This document shows positions 39,590 through 54,069 of a DNA stretch of 64,000 nucleotides, piece after piece; position 1 is the stretch's first letter; each line of letters starts with the position of its first letter. The stretch is taken from contig OZ024743.1 in assembly GCA_964016885.1 (NCBI GenBank), forward strand, positions 301,506,001 through 301,570,000. Reading direction: 5' to 3'. This stretch comes from Eledone cirrhosa. Lineage: Eukaryota. The notes beneath the pieces were generated by a model. It ran no database searches. It saw nothing but the letters and a program-made list of their open reading frames with translations, and was not told where the DNA came from. The translations under genes and the position numbers were made by a program.

Positions 39590-40144
39590 TTAATTCGGTT
39601 TTGCTGCCAACGATTACACATGGTCAAGGATCTTGGCAAATAAACGAAAGAATACGATCGAGAATGCAAGCGGCCGAAATAGGATTCTTACGAATGGTCT
39701 TTGGAGTAATGTTTCTCGATAATGTGCGTAACTCAGAGATAAGAGAGTCAATGCAGGTAGAGACGCTAATCTTCGTAATTGAGAGATCAGAGCTCAAAAT
39801 CTATGGACATATGTTTAGATTGTCTCCGGCAAAAAAATCGCTGGATAGATTTTGCGGGTAAAATCAACCGGCAAGAGACAGGGGTATATCCTAATCAAGA
39901 TGGCTGGATAACATCCATAAGCCTAGATGTTCACGCCTGGAGATCCAGCCGCATCAGCTGGAGATGATTGATTTTGACAGGACCCGCAGAATGAAACGTG
40001 CGAAGAAGAAGAAGAAGAAGAAGAAGAAGAAGAAGAAGAAGAAGAAGAAGAAGAAGAAGAAGAAGAAGAAGAAGAAGACGAAGAAGAAGAAGAAGAAGAA
40101 GAAGAAGAAGAAGAAGAAGAAGAAGAAGAAGAAGAAGAAGAAGA
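39590..40144 (+). mobile_element. 3' end of a different RTE-type LINE with (GAA)n tail (40002-40144)
   Basis: LPTITHGQGSW..RSRMQAAEIGFLR..DNVRNSEIRE..IERSELKIYGHMFRL is the typical RTE C-terminus, directly followed by (GAA)n. Confidence 0.8.
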
Positions 40145-41618
40145 ATATATTCATTTCGCAGCAGCAAGCTGAAATCTGTTGATAATTATACAGGCATCAG
40201 GTCAGTTTTAACAGTTGATTTTATATATATATTTGTAGGAGATGAAACAAAATTATTAAAACAGAATCCATCGAATCAAAAGCTGAAATGATTAATTCTG
40301 ATTAATAATATCTTGCAAAGGGATTGATATCACTGTAAAATCCACGGTGGCTTAGAAAGCACCATAAAAGTTATCATTATAAAGGGTGTGCTTTTGTCAA
40401 CTTGAATTGAAACATTCTACGCTTGGTGTAAAGGCTGGAAAACTAGGTTGCATCAATTCAATGTGCAATCCAGTTAGGCGGCTTACTACTAGAAAATAGA
40501 AATTACATTATAAGAAGATTAAATGAAGTCGGTGCCCAAATTTCGTTACACATCCTCAAAATGCAATTATTCGATAAATTGGGCAGTCATTCGTCTTATT
40601 TGAAAGAGCAGCATCTTTATTTTCAAATGGGAAAAGTAAATTAGCTTAATAGAAAAAAATATCATCTAACTCTACCGATGTGTAATCAGTTTTTAATTCC
40701 CTTTACTTTTTGCATTCTGCTTTATTGAGATTGAATGTTAGATGATTGATATTAATGCCTGAAAGGAAACATTAAAAATGTGCAACTATCAATCATTAGT
40801 GTTCTACGTTAAAGTGTAATTGCGAAACTCATATGTTAATGCCCATTTTATTTTGTCACATAAAAAGTAATCAGTTGTTATCAAGTATTCCCAACATATC
40901 ATATGCTAGAACATATCTAGCAATTTCAGATATATCGTATATATCTGCGTGTTTCACACTATTCAATAGAATTTGGCTATATTTTCTCTCTGATCATGAT
41001 AAAAAAACGAATGCTTCTATATCTGAACTAATAATAATATAAGATAACTTTCAAGTTAATTTTCCTTTGAAATAATTAAGAAGAGTGCTCAATAAAACTT
41101 TTCAGAATCTTCAGTACCTATTCATTATGTTGTTATTTTCTCGAGTTATGACAAGTTAGATATTATTCCTAACTATTACATACAGGTATTTCAACTGACC
41201 ATGACATATCAATCATAGCTGTCTGTTTGTGTAGGTGACTAAATAATAGAGGTGGATTAAGCATAAAATCAAACATCATAATGACAATACATACATACAT
41301 AAATACGCACACACATACACGAACACACACACGCACACACAGAGAGACACACACCCACACACACATATAAATATACATATATCTGAAACGCAACAATATA
41401 GGTCTTGTAAAAGTTAGTTACCATATACATATATGATGTATTCTATTACTACGTTGTTTAAACCATATAGGTTTTTCGCTGCAATATAATGGATATGTGG
41501 TTTCCTAAGATATTGGCAGTCTGCAGCGCGCCGAAGACTTAGACTATTAGTTCTCGTTCTCTTATAGAGCTACAATAGAAACATTTGCTCTTTTTATATT
41601 ATATATTGATCACATCTC

Positions 41619-41654
<36 letters not shown>

Positions 41655-41684
41655 AGAAACCCACAAACGCCCATCTCAACTCTA

Positions 41685-41721
41685 CTTTTAGAAAAGCAGA
41701 AGAACTGCGAAACCGGTAAAT
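41685..41721 (+). ncRNA. U3-A8 hammerhead family copy with a 1-nt insertion in the core
   Basis: cttttagaaaa-gcagaagaactgc-GAAA-ccgg-TA-aat, within repeat ~41650-41858. Confidence 0.45.
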
Positions 41722-41883
41722 GAACAAAGTTAATATATATATTTTAAAAAAAATAAGACTTCAGTTGCATTTTCGATTTCATCTTTTTTCTTTATACTTT
41801 CACTCGTGTAGGACACCCCGTCTATTTTTCATTTTGTAAAAGATGCCTCACTTTCTAATATATATATATACATATATATATAC

Positions 41884-41966
<83 letters not shown>

Positions 41967-41982
41967 ATTATATATATATATG

Positions 41983-42067
<85 letters not shown>

Positions 42068-42104
42068 GTGTGTATATATATATAAACGTGTGTATATGTA
42101 TAAT

Positions 42105-43080
42105 AAACCCAAAATAATGCAGGTATGGACATAGAATAAAGAATGCAAATGCAAAAGATATTGTTGACAATTAGTCTTTTACCTTACATTTATTTAAATG
42201 TCCTTAATTTTCGAGATAATATCTCTTCTTCGGAGCGAAGTAAAGCGGTTAAACCAGTGTACCAAATAGCTTGCCAAGTCATGCTGACAGGAAATGGTAT
42301 AGAGTATCTGTTCTATCTCTAATGTAAGAGAGTTAGGTTAGGTGGATAAAGAGTAGTCTCCTTTTAAAAGTTTTTTTTTGTACATGCCTGTTAAAGTGTG
42401 TGGGGGAATGCATGAAGGTGTAAATATGTGAGTGTGTGCGTGTGAGGGTGTGAGAAGATATGTCTATACGTAAATGTGGGGGATTTATGCTCTCTCGTGT
42501 TAGAACTGGTATTTGTGTGTGTGTATGTGTGTGTGAGAGAGAATAAGTGGAAGTGTAAGCGTGTGTGTGTGTGTGCTTGCGTGTGTATGTGCGCCTGTGT
42601 GTCTGCGTGTGTGTGTGGGGGGGGGGGTGTAAATATGGGGCTAGATGCTCTATCAAGTTATAAATTGGGTGTTGAGTTCTAGTCTATTATTGATTGGTGG
42701 GTGTGTTTTGTCTGTAATAGGTGTTTTCTTAATTCTAAGATTGCCGAGGTTTCTTTCCTTAGATAAAACCATAACAGTTAAGATAGAAACTGTGTTTTTG
42801 CATTTATCTAGGTTTTTCTTAAATGAGGAAGCGTTAGTATTTAGGTGTACTTTTATTCTTATGTGGAGTGGTCTGGTGGTGCTATCTACGTAGAAGTTGC
42901 TGCATTTTCACACTCTAGTCTCTATACGACGTAATCCTGGTGGCATAAGTCTGTGTCGTTGATGGGGCAGTTGGCTAGCCTGCAGCAGTTGTCATGCATG
43001 GTGGAGTGTCTTTTGGTGTAGCTGTCCGCTTAGAGGACCTGAATGGGCCAGTTGGATATCTAGTCTCTCTCCTCTGACAG
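42105..43080 (-). mobile_element. PLE 3' fragment of another clade (GIY-YIG + UTR), decayed
   Basis: Manual translation CCRLANCPINDTDLCHQDYVV*RLECE/CSNFYVDSTTRPLHIRIKVHLNTNASSFKKNLDKC..PPINNRLE at ~42670-42990. Possibly Nematis-like; clade uncertain. Confidence 0.75.
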
Positions 43081-43084
43081 CTCT

Positions 43085-43539
43085 TACATCAGCACACATC
43101 TCTACCCACATATAAACACAATCACATACGTAAACACACATGTTCTATGGTGGAACACAAAAAAAAAATATATATATATATAGTGAATATATATATATAT
43201 ATATAGTGAATATCATTTCACACCTTTTATTATTAAGGTGTTTGATGTTCTATTGAGAGTATCGATTTTAATGAAAATATCGAATAATGTACACTATTTT
43301 ACCAGGGAAAAAAATACTGGTCCACCCACACGCTCACACACACACATTCTCACACACACACACACACACATACACACGCGTACATTAGCATACAAAGAGA
43401 CATACACACACACATACACACACACATACATTTCTCCGTATAAGACAAGAGCTGAAAAATATCTTTTAACATGTTAAAATATCCCCACACACTTACAAAC
43501 ACATTCCTACTGACCATCCCTCTACCACGAATTACTCTG

Positions 43540-43576
<37 letters not shown>

Positions 43577-44112
43577 TCTTAATAGGCATTTGAACTGTCA
43601 ACAGGCTGCGATTCGCACCCACATCCCTGCTAACCATGATCACAACAACGAACACTTTACTACTACTACTACATACACACACATATTTGTTGTGAAAGAG
43701 TCATTTCTCAGTCAGCCGACACAAACCTACATTTGGCGCAAAATCAATTTGTTACATTCACATGACCTCTACCGACCAATCAACATTGTTTTGACCACAA
43801 GAATGTTTGCAACACGAATTGGCGCAAACCTATTTAATACAGCTGGAGCCACTTTTTTAACATAAAAACAGGTAGAATTCCCAAAACTAATCAGATCAGA
43901 GCAAACATCACGGACGCTCTATCTCAAAATTATTTTTGAAAAGCATTAGAAATGCGCAACCGGTAAAACTTGAAACCAAAACTGAATACTCACCAATACA
44001 ATTACTAATTCTCACTTATTCCCAATTAAACTATTTTTCACTGTGAACAATTTGTCAGCATTTTCTATTCCGTTTACCAATATATCATAACTTGTGTGTT
44101 ACACCTTTATTC
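43085..44112 (+). mobile_element. 3' UTR/pLTR of the Neptune-type family
   Basis: Colinear with the reverse complement of 22090-23430. Confidence 0.9.
43933..43968 (+). ncRNA. Variant hammerhead motif (U3-A8, GCAA)
   Basis: ttt-TTGAAAA-gcat tagaa atgc-GCAA-ccgg-TA-aaa. Confidence 0.6.
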
Positions 44113-44149
44113 TTTTAAAAAAAAAAAATATATATATATATACAAGGTC

Positions 44150-44369
44150 AAGTCGCGTGGCTGAGCAGTTAAAAAATTGGATTCGTAATTGTGAGGTTAT
44201 GAGTTCGATTCCCCGACCAGGAGATGTGATAGGTCCCTGAGCAAGACACTTTATTTCACGTTGCTCTTTCTAGCTGGAGTTGCGACCGATATATTGTATT
44301 ACCAATTGGAAAGACCGATTGTAACATTGTTTAATCTGTCCGATTTGATGAAGGTCGATCGACTGTCGA
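44150..44369 (+). mobile_element. CORE-type tRNA-derived SINE, near full length
   Basis: A-box-like TGGCTGAGCAG, B box GAGTTCGATTCC, core GTCCCTGAGCAAGACACTT. Flanked by (TA)n. Confidence 0.8.
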
Positions 44370-44432
44370 TATATATATATATGTACATATATATATATAC
44401 ACACACATATTTATATATATATACACACACGC

Positions 44433-44502
<70 letters not shown>

Positions 44503-44523
44503 GTATATATACGCGCACACACA

Positions 44524-44586
<63 letters not shown>

Positions 44587-45549
44587 GGGAGAGAGAGAGA
44601 GAGAACACTGGAAGGTAATATCCGTATTGGTGAGATGACATGCTAACTGATATTATTTTCTGGGAAGGTAATATGTTTTATTTAATTACGTACATGTTAT
44701 ACTTGTATTTAGAAGCTCCATCGTTTTCATTACGCAATCGAGAAAATCTCAGGCTTCCAGCCCTCGGTGGTATTTGCTTTTTATCCTCTTGTTGACCTTG
44801 CTTCATAACCATGGTCGTTAATATTAATCTTCAGTGGTCGAGGAATATTAACAATTATGAGTTAATTTAAGCATATTAAATATATACTGGCTTGCTGCGA
44901 CAAAACGCATGTGAGCAGCATTAATAAATAATAAGGAATGGAAGCATACATTATTTAGTAAGCTGAGAAATTGGAATTATGCATTTACTCATGATAACAA
45001 CTATATTCTAAATTATCAATTCCGGTCAATCTGGCTGGAATGGACAACTTTGTAATTTCAATTACTAAAACCGAATTAATCATGGAATGTAGTTTAAATA
45101 TTCCCCGTAATCTATTGTAACATTGACTGTCATTAGCTACAAACATGACAGGACTAACAAAAAGTAAATACAAGTGATTGCCAATTGAATAGTTCATCAC
45201 ACATTTTTATTGTTTTCTATTTTCATAGATCTGAGCGAAACACAAGCCTCCATTATTTTAGTAAATATTGTAGAAATAAACCAAATTGATAATTAATTAG
45301 AATTACTCCGTCTAGGGCGAGAACAATCATTTTCTCAATGAAAATATTCATTGCAAAAAATCAGAGACAAATATGAAAATGTATTTAATTAAATATGGAA
45401 GTCAATTAAAATATCCCGTGTAAATTACTGAAATGATGAGAAACATTTAACTTAGCTAATATCTTAAGTCCTGCAATTATCAGTTTTTCTCATCAATTTC
45501 TTTTTCTTATACTTGTTGGCTTGTGGGTTTCAATTGTTAGCATTGTTGT

Positions 45550-45683
<134 letters not shown>

Positions 45684-46289
45684 GGGGGGGGGATAGCATA
45701 GACGAAAACATGCCAATGACGTAGACTGCGGTTCAATCTTTAAGATACATGCTTGAATCGCAACACGGGGGGCAGCTTCCCTAAATACCAGAACATGATC
45801 GAAGGTTTCGATCGATAGTTATCGATTTATATCTACTGAAACGGTCAAGGTTAGTATTAGAGGTGTTTGTATTTATCGTGGTTTGGTATAACTATAATGT
45901 CACGATGGTATAATTATAATGTTTTGGGTTAATTATAATGTCACAATATCTTTACTTTGAGTTATCTGTAGACGAAAATGTTTTTTCCCAATATTGAATG
46001 GTCTGTGATTGCCCCAAACAATTCGATTAGTATCTGCTATATTGCGGCTCAAACTTCGATTTATATATAGTTTAACCAGCCCCCCCCCCCCCACACACAT
46101 ATATATGTAGGTGAAAAATGATAATAATAAAATAATACTATTATTATTCCATTCGTTTGCAAGCCTCATATCGATGTGTTTGGGATCAATAAATTCGCTA
46201 TATATATCTACATATGTATATATATCTATATGTATATATATATATATACAATTATATATATTTATATATACAGTATATATTTATATATT

Positions 46290-46334
<45 letters not shown>

Positions 46335-46338
46335 GCAC

Positions 46339-46408
<70 letters not shown>

Positions 46409-46409
46409 C

Positions 46410-46464
<55 letters not shown>

Positions 46465-46528
46465 TATATATATAGTGAAAGATGGAAGAGTAAGCTGGTC
46501 AGCTGTACAACAAGGGGCTTTATTTCAG

Positions 46529-46639
46529 GTATTAACAATTGTTTCATTGATCAGGTGATTCTAGAAGCCGCTAATTGCTGAAGGTTGCGTCACTCGATCT
46601 CCAATACATTATTTACCTCTGATCAAATCCTCAGAACAC
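46529..46639 (-). ncRNA. Type I hammerhead motif with ~82-nt stem II (inverted pLTR copy)
   Basis: Reverse complement gtgtt-CTGAGGA-t ttgatcag..ctgatcaa t-GAAA-caattg-TT-aatac. Confidence 0.8.
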
Positions 46640-49600
46640 AAAGAATTCATACATGACATGGTATATATATAGTGAAATAGCGTCGAATCAAAGCAATAAC
46701 ACCAATAATAAAATATATGATAAATAGGTAAAGAAGTTACAGTTGTAAAATTAAAAAGTAAGAAAAAAGATACAATAAAAAAGTAAGAAACTAAAAATAT
46801 AATAAAAAAATAAATAAGTAAATATAAGTGAAAGCATATAAGTACAGATTACGATAGTTGTTAATAGTGGTGATGGTGAGTAAGTGTCTGTATAAGGATG
46901 CTGGGGCGGATGCTAACATAAAAATCCATATTCGAAACGTACATAGATACGTGTAGACAATCTGAGGTAGGAACAAATGACAGATAAAAGAAAAGCAATA
47001 ACTTAGAAATTAAGTGAGAGATACTAGTATGAGACCCAAGGGCGAAGGAGGGATAGTGAAGTTTTTTTTAATATGATATGTGTATGTGGTAAATGTTTTG
47101 CTGATTGTCTTGTCTTAATGGGGTTGAGTGAAGCAAAGACGTACGTTAAAACTATCCACGACACAGAGTACTCACAACATCTAACGATAATTTGTTATCC
47201 CATATACCCAGCTTCCCTAGTTTGAGCAATAACCTTAACCCACGCCATTAACATGGAATAGCACCACATAGGCATGTCCTTAAAAGACATACCTATACCT
47301 TGAAACACGGACTATACACTCAGCAAGATACAGCGTACTAATGACTTCATCCGTCGAATCCGATGGAAGGCCTATCACTAAGAGAAAGGACATGCTAATA
47401 ACACGGAGGAATTTACTAGCGAAAAATACGGATTCAAATCCTGCAAAAATCCACCGAATAACCCCCAGCTCGATGTCTTCGAATTGAACCTCATGAACAT
47501 GGTAAGTGGAACCACATTCAAAAAATGGACACATCACAACAAACTGCACTACTAAAAAAACTAGGCAAGACAAATGGTATGATAGTAAAAGAGGACAGAA
47601 CATCAAACGTATACACCATGAGCTTTAATACATACAATAACATTATATGCCGTGAACTATACAAAAAAAATACAAGAAAACTACAGAATCCACACTCACT
47701 AGCATTAATATGTAAGGAATTAGCCTAGTAAAAAAATTGAAAATATCTGATAGAGCCGGGCCTCTAACCCCTTGTAACCCCGCATTTAAAAGTAATTTCG
47801 AAACAAACCCCACAATTAGATTAATATGCCCATCCGGATATAGGTAGAATAAGCAAGTATATACTAAACAGAGTAATAGCACAAACCAAGGACAAATTAG
47901 TGATTATGCTATGGGGTAACACTAACCAAGCAATATACTGGTTCAGCAAAATAGACAGTAGGGAAACTTCGTACAGTTTGACATTAGTGACTACTACTGC
48001 TCAATCTCCCCAGTCACCCTAGATAAAGCGATAGCCTTTGCCAAGAAAAACTCTAACCTAACTTCTGATGAAATTAAAATAATACTAGCTGATAGGAGAA
48101 CTATCATTAGATTCGAAAATAGTTACTGGGAACGAATAAACAAGCATAATAGCTTCGATATCACAATGGGATCTAGCGTCTCAGCGCAGGTAACAGACAA
48201 CATACATAGTAGGAATATATATATATATAGCACACAACTTACATAAGGAATTTAATAAACTCCAAAAACTTAAATAATCAAAACATGGAAACATTACGGA
48301 AAAACATCAGAGTCTTCTTCAACAAACTATGCCTAGGTATCACTTTCGAACATAACTCTAAAAAGCAAACTTCTTAGATGTAACACTCAACCTAAACACA
48401 GGATTAATAGACCCCTTCCATAAAAATAACGAGTATCTAGCCTACATTAGTTATAACTCAAACCACCCTCAATCAATAAGTTACTCCATAGCACATAGTA
48501 TATCCATCAGAATATCCCGCCTATCTTCTAACCTAGAGATTGTTAACGAGTATGCAAGCTATTATAACATAGCTTTATATAAGGTAGGACATAAAGAAGA
48601 GCTCGAATACATACCAGATAGAGACAGCAGCAACAAACCTAACGACCGCTACACTACCCACACCTATAGAAATAACAAACATAGGACTAAACATAGAATT
48701 AGACAAGGAGCACCAAAAATAACTGAACCGAACACTAATATGAGGATCCGTAGGAACTATAGTAAATCCAGAGATAGGAAATACTTATGGTTCAATCCAA
48801 TATTCAACTCCTCTATAAAAACCAATCTACCTTCTACACATATACCATAGAATCTTTAACAAAAAACTATCAAACTATCTTACTCTACTGCAGCATACAT
48901 AAAATCAACCACAAAATAATCTCTAAAGAAAATACCCTACCAACATACACCATAACACCAAATACAAAACGCAAACGCATAAGACATCACAACTACACAT
49001 ACATCAGGGCGCATCATAGCAAAACATTAATAGGCCTAAATCTCAACCCACCCATAACAACATGCAAAACCGCAACGGAAAACCTGCACACAGGAAGGCC
49101 TCCAGCTGTAACTGCCACCTACTAGATAAGTGCCCACTACAAAATAGATGCCCGGATTCAAGTACGGTGTAGCTGTGTAGTATAAATTCAGGCAAGTTTG
49201 CATGACACTACATAGGTTCCACGTCTGGGGAGTTCAAATAAAGATGGTACGTTCACAGACACTCCATGACGAACTGTAGACTGGAGAACTCTACAACGCT
49301 CACCAATAAGGTCTGGCAGCTTAAAACACAAACCAAGAATATAGGATTAGCTGGTCAAAATTATCGAGAGCAAGGGCCTACAACAATGGAATGTCCCATT
49401 GCAGACTTTGCAATGTACAGCTATTCTATATGTTAAGGTATGATAAGATGCTGCTTAACAGCAAAATAGAAAGTTCAATTTTCTGTAGGCAATAAATAGC
49501 GACCAAGTTCACACATTTTAAACCACCGTGATTCGACCCAACAATCCCAAAATTAGAACTGAACCACCTGGATTTTAACGTACGGAATACATACCATCAC

Positions 49601-50169
49601 ACCGTTATGAGCTGTCAATTGACTGGTCACTAGATCATAAATCTCTTAACATCTATTTAACCCTCTCTCCCTGAAACCTCATCAACCCCATTAAGACAAG
49701 ACAATCAACAAAACATTTACCACACACACATAGCAAACCCCCTTTCACCATCCACCCTTCGTCCTTGGATCTCATACTAGTATATCCCACTTAATTTCTA
49801 ATTTACTTTTTCTTATTTTATCTGTCATATGTTACTACCTCAGATTCTCTACACGTATCAAGGTATGTTTCGAATATGGCTTTTCATGTTAGCACTGAAT
49901 CCACACCAGCATCCTTATACAGACACTTACTCACCACCACCACAGTTATCAACTATCGTATTCTATACTTATATACTTTCACTTATATTTCTTTCTTTAT
50001 ATTTTTAATTATTTTATATTTTTCTTACTTTTTTATTGTATCTTTTTTCTTACTGTTTATTTTTACATCTGGAACTTCTTTACCTATTTATCATATATTT
50101 TATTATTGATGTTATTGTTTTGATTATACGCTATTTCTCTATATATACCGTGCCATGAATAAATTCTTT

Positions 50170-50280
50170 GTGCTCTGAGGATTTGATCAGAGGTAAATAA
50201 GATATTGGAGATCGAGTGACGCAACTTCGAGCGATTAGCGGCCTCTAGACTCACCTGATCAATGAAACAATTGTTAATAC
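50170..50280 (+). ncRNA. Type I hammerhead motif with 82-nt stem II (3' pLTR copy)
   Basis: gtgct-CTGAGGA-t ttgatcag..ctgatcaa t-GAAA-caattg-TT-aatac. Confidence 0.78.
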
Positions 50281-50503
50281 CTGAAATAAAGCCCATTGTT
50301 GCACAGCCGACCAGCTTACTCTTCCATCTTTCACTATTATTAGTCGAAGTATAACCTGCATAGAAATTCTCGGGAACTCGCATCCTAACTATGGAAACAT
50401 CTTGTTGAGTCAAACAAAGTCGTTCGTTAAAACTATCCACGGCACAGGGTACTCACAACCTCTAACTGGATTACCAATAACGATAACTTGTTATCACATG
50501 TAT

Positions 50504-50537
<34 letters not shown>

Positions 50538-51203
50538 GGCTTTTCATGTTAGCACTGCATCCACACCAGCATCCTTATACAGACACTTACTCACCACCAC
50601 CACAATTATCAACTATCGTATTCTATACTTATATGCTTTCACCAGAGCCAAAGAAATGTAACAACTTTAGAAGACAAAGCTTGGACGCTCAGGGATAGCG
50701 ATCAAAAGTTTACCCTAAAATGGGAGAAATTAGCTAAAACCCAAAGCTTTTCCAGGAGCCAAAATTTCTGCAAATTGTGTAATCTTGAGATTTATTACAT
50801 AATCACACACAAGAAGAAATTGCTGAATAACAGAATTGAACGAACATTATTCTGACGTCACATAACTAAAAGCCTTTTATCCCACTACAAGCCGAATATT
50901 GCATAAAAGAGGGACATCCCCCCAACTATATAAACCTCAATCTAGTTAGAAAAATATAAAAACAATCTCTTCTCAACATATATATGTATATTAATAACCT
51001 CAAATTACCACACTAATAATGGAAAGATATGCTGATTAGAATAGGTGCAAAAATGCGATAATGAATGTGTTTAAAAGCGACCATAAGTATGTATATATAT
51101 GTGAAAATGTATATAAATAAGTAAATATATATATATGTTTGATGTTTATAGTTAGATGTAAGTGTATTCATGTATTAAAGTGCTTATATATATATATATA
51201 TAT

Positions 51204-51238
<35 letters not shown>

Positions 51239-52067
51239 CATATATATGTATATGTGTATATATATACACATAGACTAGAGTATGTATGTATATATGTGTG
51301 TGTATATACGTGTGTATATAAAGATAAGTTGAGTATAAAAATGTATACACATGAACGCGTATGTATGTACATGAATACATGTGTGTATATATATATGTAT
51401 GCATGTGTATATGTATGTAAGTATGAACATGTTACTATGTGAATGTGAGTATATGTATTTTGTAGAGGTGTGCAAATATGTTTGTGTGTGAATGCGTGGG
51501 TGAAAGGATACGTACACTTGAAAGAAAAAATTAAGTCTGAATCTTAATTAAGTGCAAACACAAAACCAACCACGCATATCTTTACTATCTCTAATCCTTC
51601 TATAGATTTAGAAAAATAACCAATAATATATTCTATAAAAATGTCAAAACAACAGATGGGAATCTAATTACTCACTGCCACCAACAATTCTCACTGCTAT
51701 CAAAATACCACTCCCTCAACTATTCTTCTAACAACTTCACCCATCCCTCCTAATATTCTCTATAAAAACCAAACAGGTCCTCAATAATATTATTCTGATG
51801 AAATGACAGTAAATAATTACATTGAAATATTGATGTCTGCATAACTAATACTTTGTAGATAGCAGCTGTTTTCAGGTTATGTAACTGTTATAGAAACACG
51901 TGTCAATAAATTCCATTCAACTAAACTGTATCCATTCAAATCTTTCTATTTTTCTCCGGATTACTTTTGGAACTTCAACTGGAACCGTCGAGCAAACTCT
52001 ACGTGAGCTGTCAATCTACTGTGTGTAATATTTATATTACAACACAACAGAAAATACTGTTTATATA

Positions 52068-52911
<844 letters not shown>

Positions 52912-52959
52912 GTTTACATATATATATATATGTATATATATATATACATACATACATAT

Positions 52960-53195
52960 ACGTGTTTTGCAACGGGTCAATTTGTGGCTCAATGAAAGTT
53001 AATAAATTAAATAATCAGAGCTATATATCATAAAACATGTTTATAGAATCACCGGATAAAATATATACCATTTCCTCTCCCAATTTATATATGTTATCTG
53101 GTGATTCTCTAGACATGTTTTATGATATATAGCTCTGATTATTTCATTTATTAACTTTTCATTGAGCCACAAAGTGACCTGTCGTAAAACACGTA
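52960..53195. repeat. Fold-back of the 3' end of the 57070-58315 family
   Basis: acgtgtttt..ctttgtggctcaatgaaa..aaacatgt / acatgtttt..ttcattgagccacaaag..aaaacacgt. Confidence 0.88.
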
Positions 53196-53205
53196 TTAGT
53201 ATGTA

Positions 53206-53258
<53 letters not shown>

Positions 53259-53745
53259 AGAAGAAGTTTATTATGAAATGGAAATGCGGGTATAAAGAAT
53301 TTATTAGGTAACAATTTTGTTTTAAATGCATATAATGTTACCTTTTTTCACCACCGTTTGCAAATTTCTGTTTTATATGTTTATACACAAGATATGGCTT
53401 TCTATAATAATAGTACTAAACACTGTTTTCTGGACTCCTTTAGAAATAACCTGCTACTATAATAGCCCCAATAACTTGTCTGTATCTCTGTACCACTTTG
53501 ACCCCTTTAACTAAATTTTGTCCGAACAACACCAATAGAAGAATTTTCTACACCCGCCAACCCTAACACGCCTCATTAAGCTAACTGCTGCAAAAACATT
53601 CTCTCCCTACAATATCTACTAGTCTGACAGTCTTAAATCCTAAGAGTCCCTCCACCTTACTCACTTCCCTCTTCCCCTTCTCTTCCTACCTCCTTCTTTA
53701 TCTTTTATCTAGTGTATAAAATATTTTCATATCATTCGAATACAA

Positions 53746-53862
53746 AGGTCTGACGACATGGTGTGTTTGCTTACAGTGTACCTTCGGTTTATGATAATAT
53801 TTTTATATTATTCAAATAGCGAGGTATAGGTAACCCATACACTATAGAAACAATTGTTACCT
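53746..53862 (+). ncRNA. Type I hammerhead motif with 90-nt stem II (5' pLTR)
   Basis: aggt-CTGACGA-c atggtgtgt..ttac..tgtaccttcg..ataatat tttt atattat..cgaggtata..gtaa..atacactat a-GAAA-caattg-TT-acct. Confidence 0.82.
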
Positions 53863-54069
53863 AATAAATTCTTTATACCCGCATTTCCATTTCATAAACT
53901 TCTTCTCCATATTTTCTCCGGATTTTAAAACACACTTTATTATACGTTGAGCAATCTCTGACGTCGGTTGACTCCATCCAATACAACTACTTAGTAACAT
54001 TGGAATACAAATTTACTAATTCTTCACACTCCTTTACAGTCGAGCAACCTATCAACATACGTTTCTGAA

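Larger units (their letters stand above)
46473..50495 (+). mobile_element. Naiad-type PLE (family 2), full-length but decayed ORF ~47253-49531, with long inverted pLTR
   Basis: ME*HHIGMSLKDIP, FIRRIRWKA, IRLICPS, FDITMGS, NFLDVTLNL, RISRLSSN, CNC..CPL, YIGST. 46473-47125 is the reverse complement of ~49685-50335. The leader 47125-47200 repeats at 50404-50495. Confidence 0.92.

Noticed and set aside
32300-41600. Host gene exons in the less repetitive stretches
   Set aside because: No recognisable protein motif or supported splice pattern. Small exons cannot be excluded without RNA data.
42198-42237. Minus-strand CCGAAGA-a-gagat att atctc-GAAA in a PLE 3' UTR
   Set aside because: Core substitution and unclear stems I and III. 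Position is suggestive only.
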